NCBI RefSeq assembly: GCF_003704095.1 | Contig: NW_020843837.1 | Span: forward strand, 186,001-250,000 | Reading direction: 5' to 3' | Length of the DNA stretch: 64,000 nucleotides | Source: Pocillopora damicornis | Lineage: Eukaryota | Shown: positions 63,806 through 64,000 of the stretch, one piece after another | Layout of the letters: each line of letters starts with the position of its first letter | Numbering within the stretch: the stretch's first letter is position 1 | The notes under the pieces: generated by a model | Database searches by the model: none | Told to the model about the DNA's origin: nothing | The model's input: only the letters and a program-made list of their open reading frames with translations | Position numbers and translations under genes: made by a program

Positions 63806-64000
63806 CATTTTTGGGTTGTTAAACTGTTTTCAGTTTTCCCTCTCAGTAGTTTTACAAGCCAGTAAAGTTGGAGCTCAAATGAATCGAACCCAGATTTAAT
63901 AACCAAGTCTTTAATATCGAGGAAATAAAGTTATGTCGGCGAAAACTTCCAAAGTGCTTTTGGTTTACCCCGACAGAGACTTGTTTCTTAAATCACTCGG

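Overview
Eukaryotic, AT-rich, intron-containing draft-assembly DNA with six N-gaps. Gene content and repeat families resemble a stony coral (Scleractinia); this is inferred from recalled repeat families, not from a search. Genes read by hand from splice sites: (1) a multi-exon ankyrin-repeat gene (-) running off the left edge, head-to-head across about 420 bp with (2) a roughly 24-exon prominin-like gene (+, 3543-19615); (3) a 4-exon LRR-containing class A GPCR of the LGR/glycoprotein-hormone-receptor type (-, 23015-26906); (4) a TPR-CHAT (TTC28-like, caspase-family protease) locus (+, 40688-46000). The 1770-aa ORF at that locus is two divergent copies of one gene body joined across a 100-N gap. 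The TPR regions diverge strongly while the sequence converges to identity at the CHAT end, so these are either two very divergent alleles or tandem paralogues with a homogenised protease domain. This is the most interesting signal in the window. The rest is dense in MITEs (piggyBac-like, Harbinger-like, foldback), tRNA-derived SINE fragments, Penelope-type termini with degenerate hammerhead ribozymes, a THAP relic, micro/minisatellites and some orphan spliceable exons. No CRISPR array, rRNA or intact tRNA was seen.
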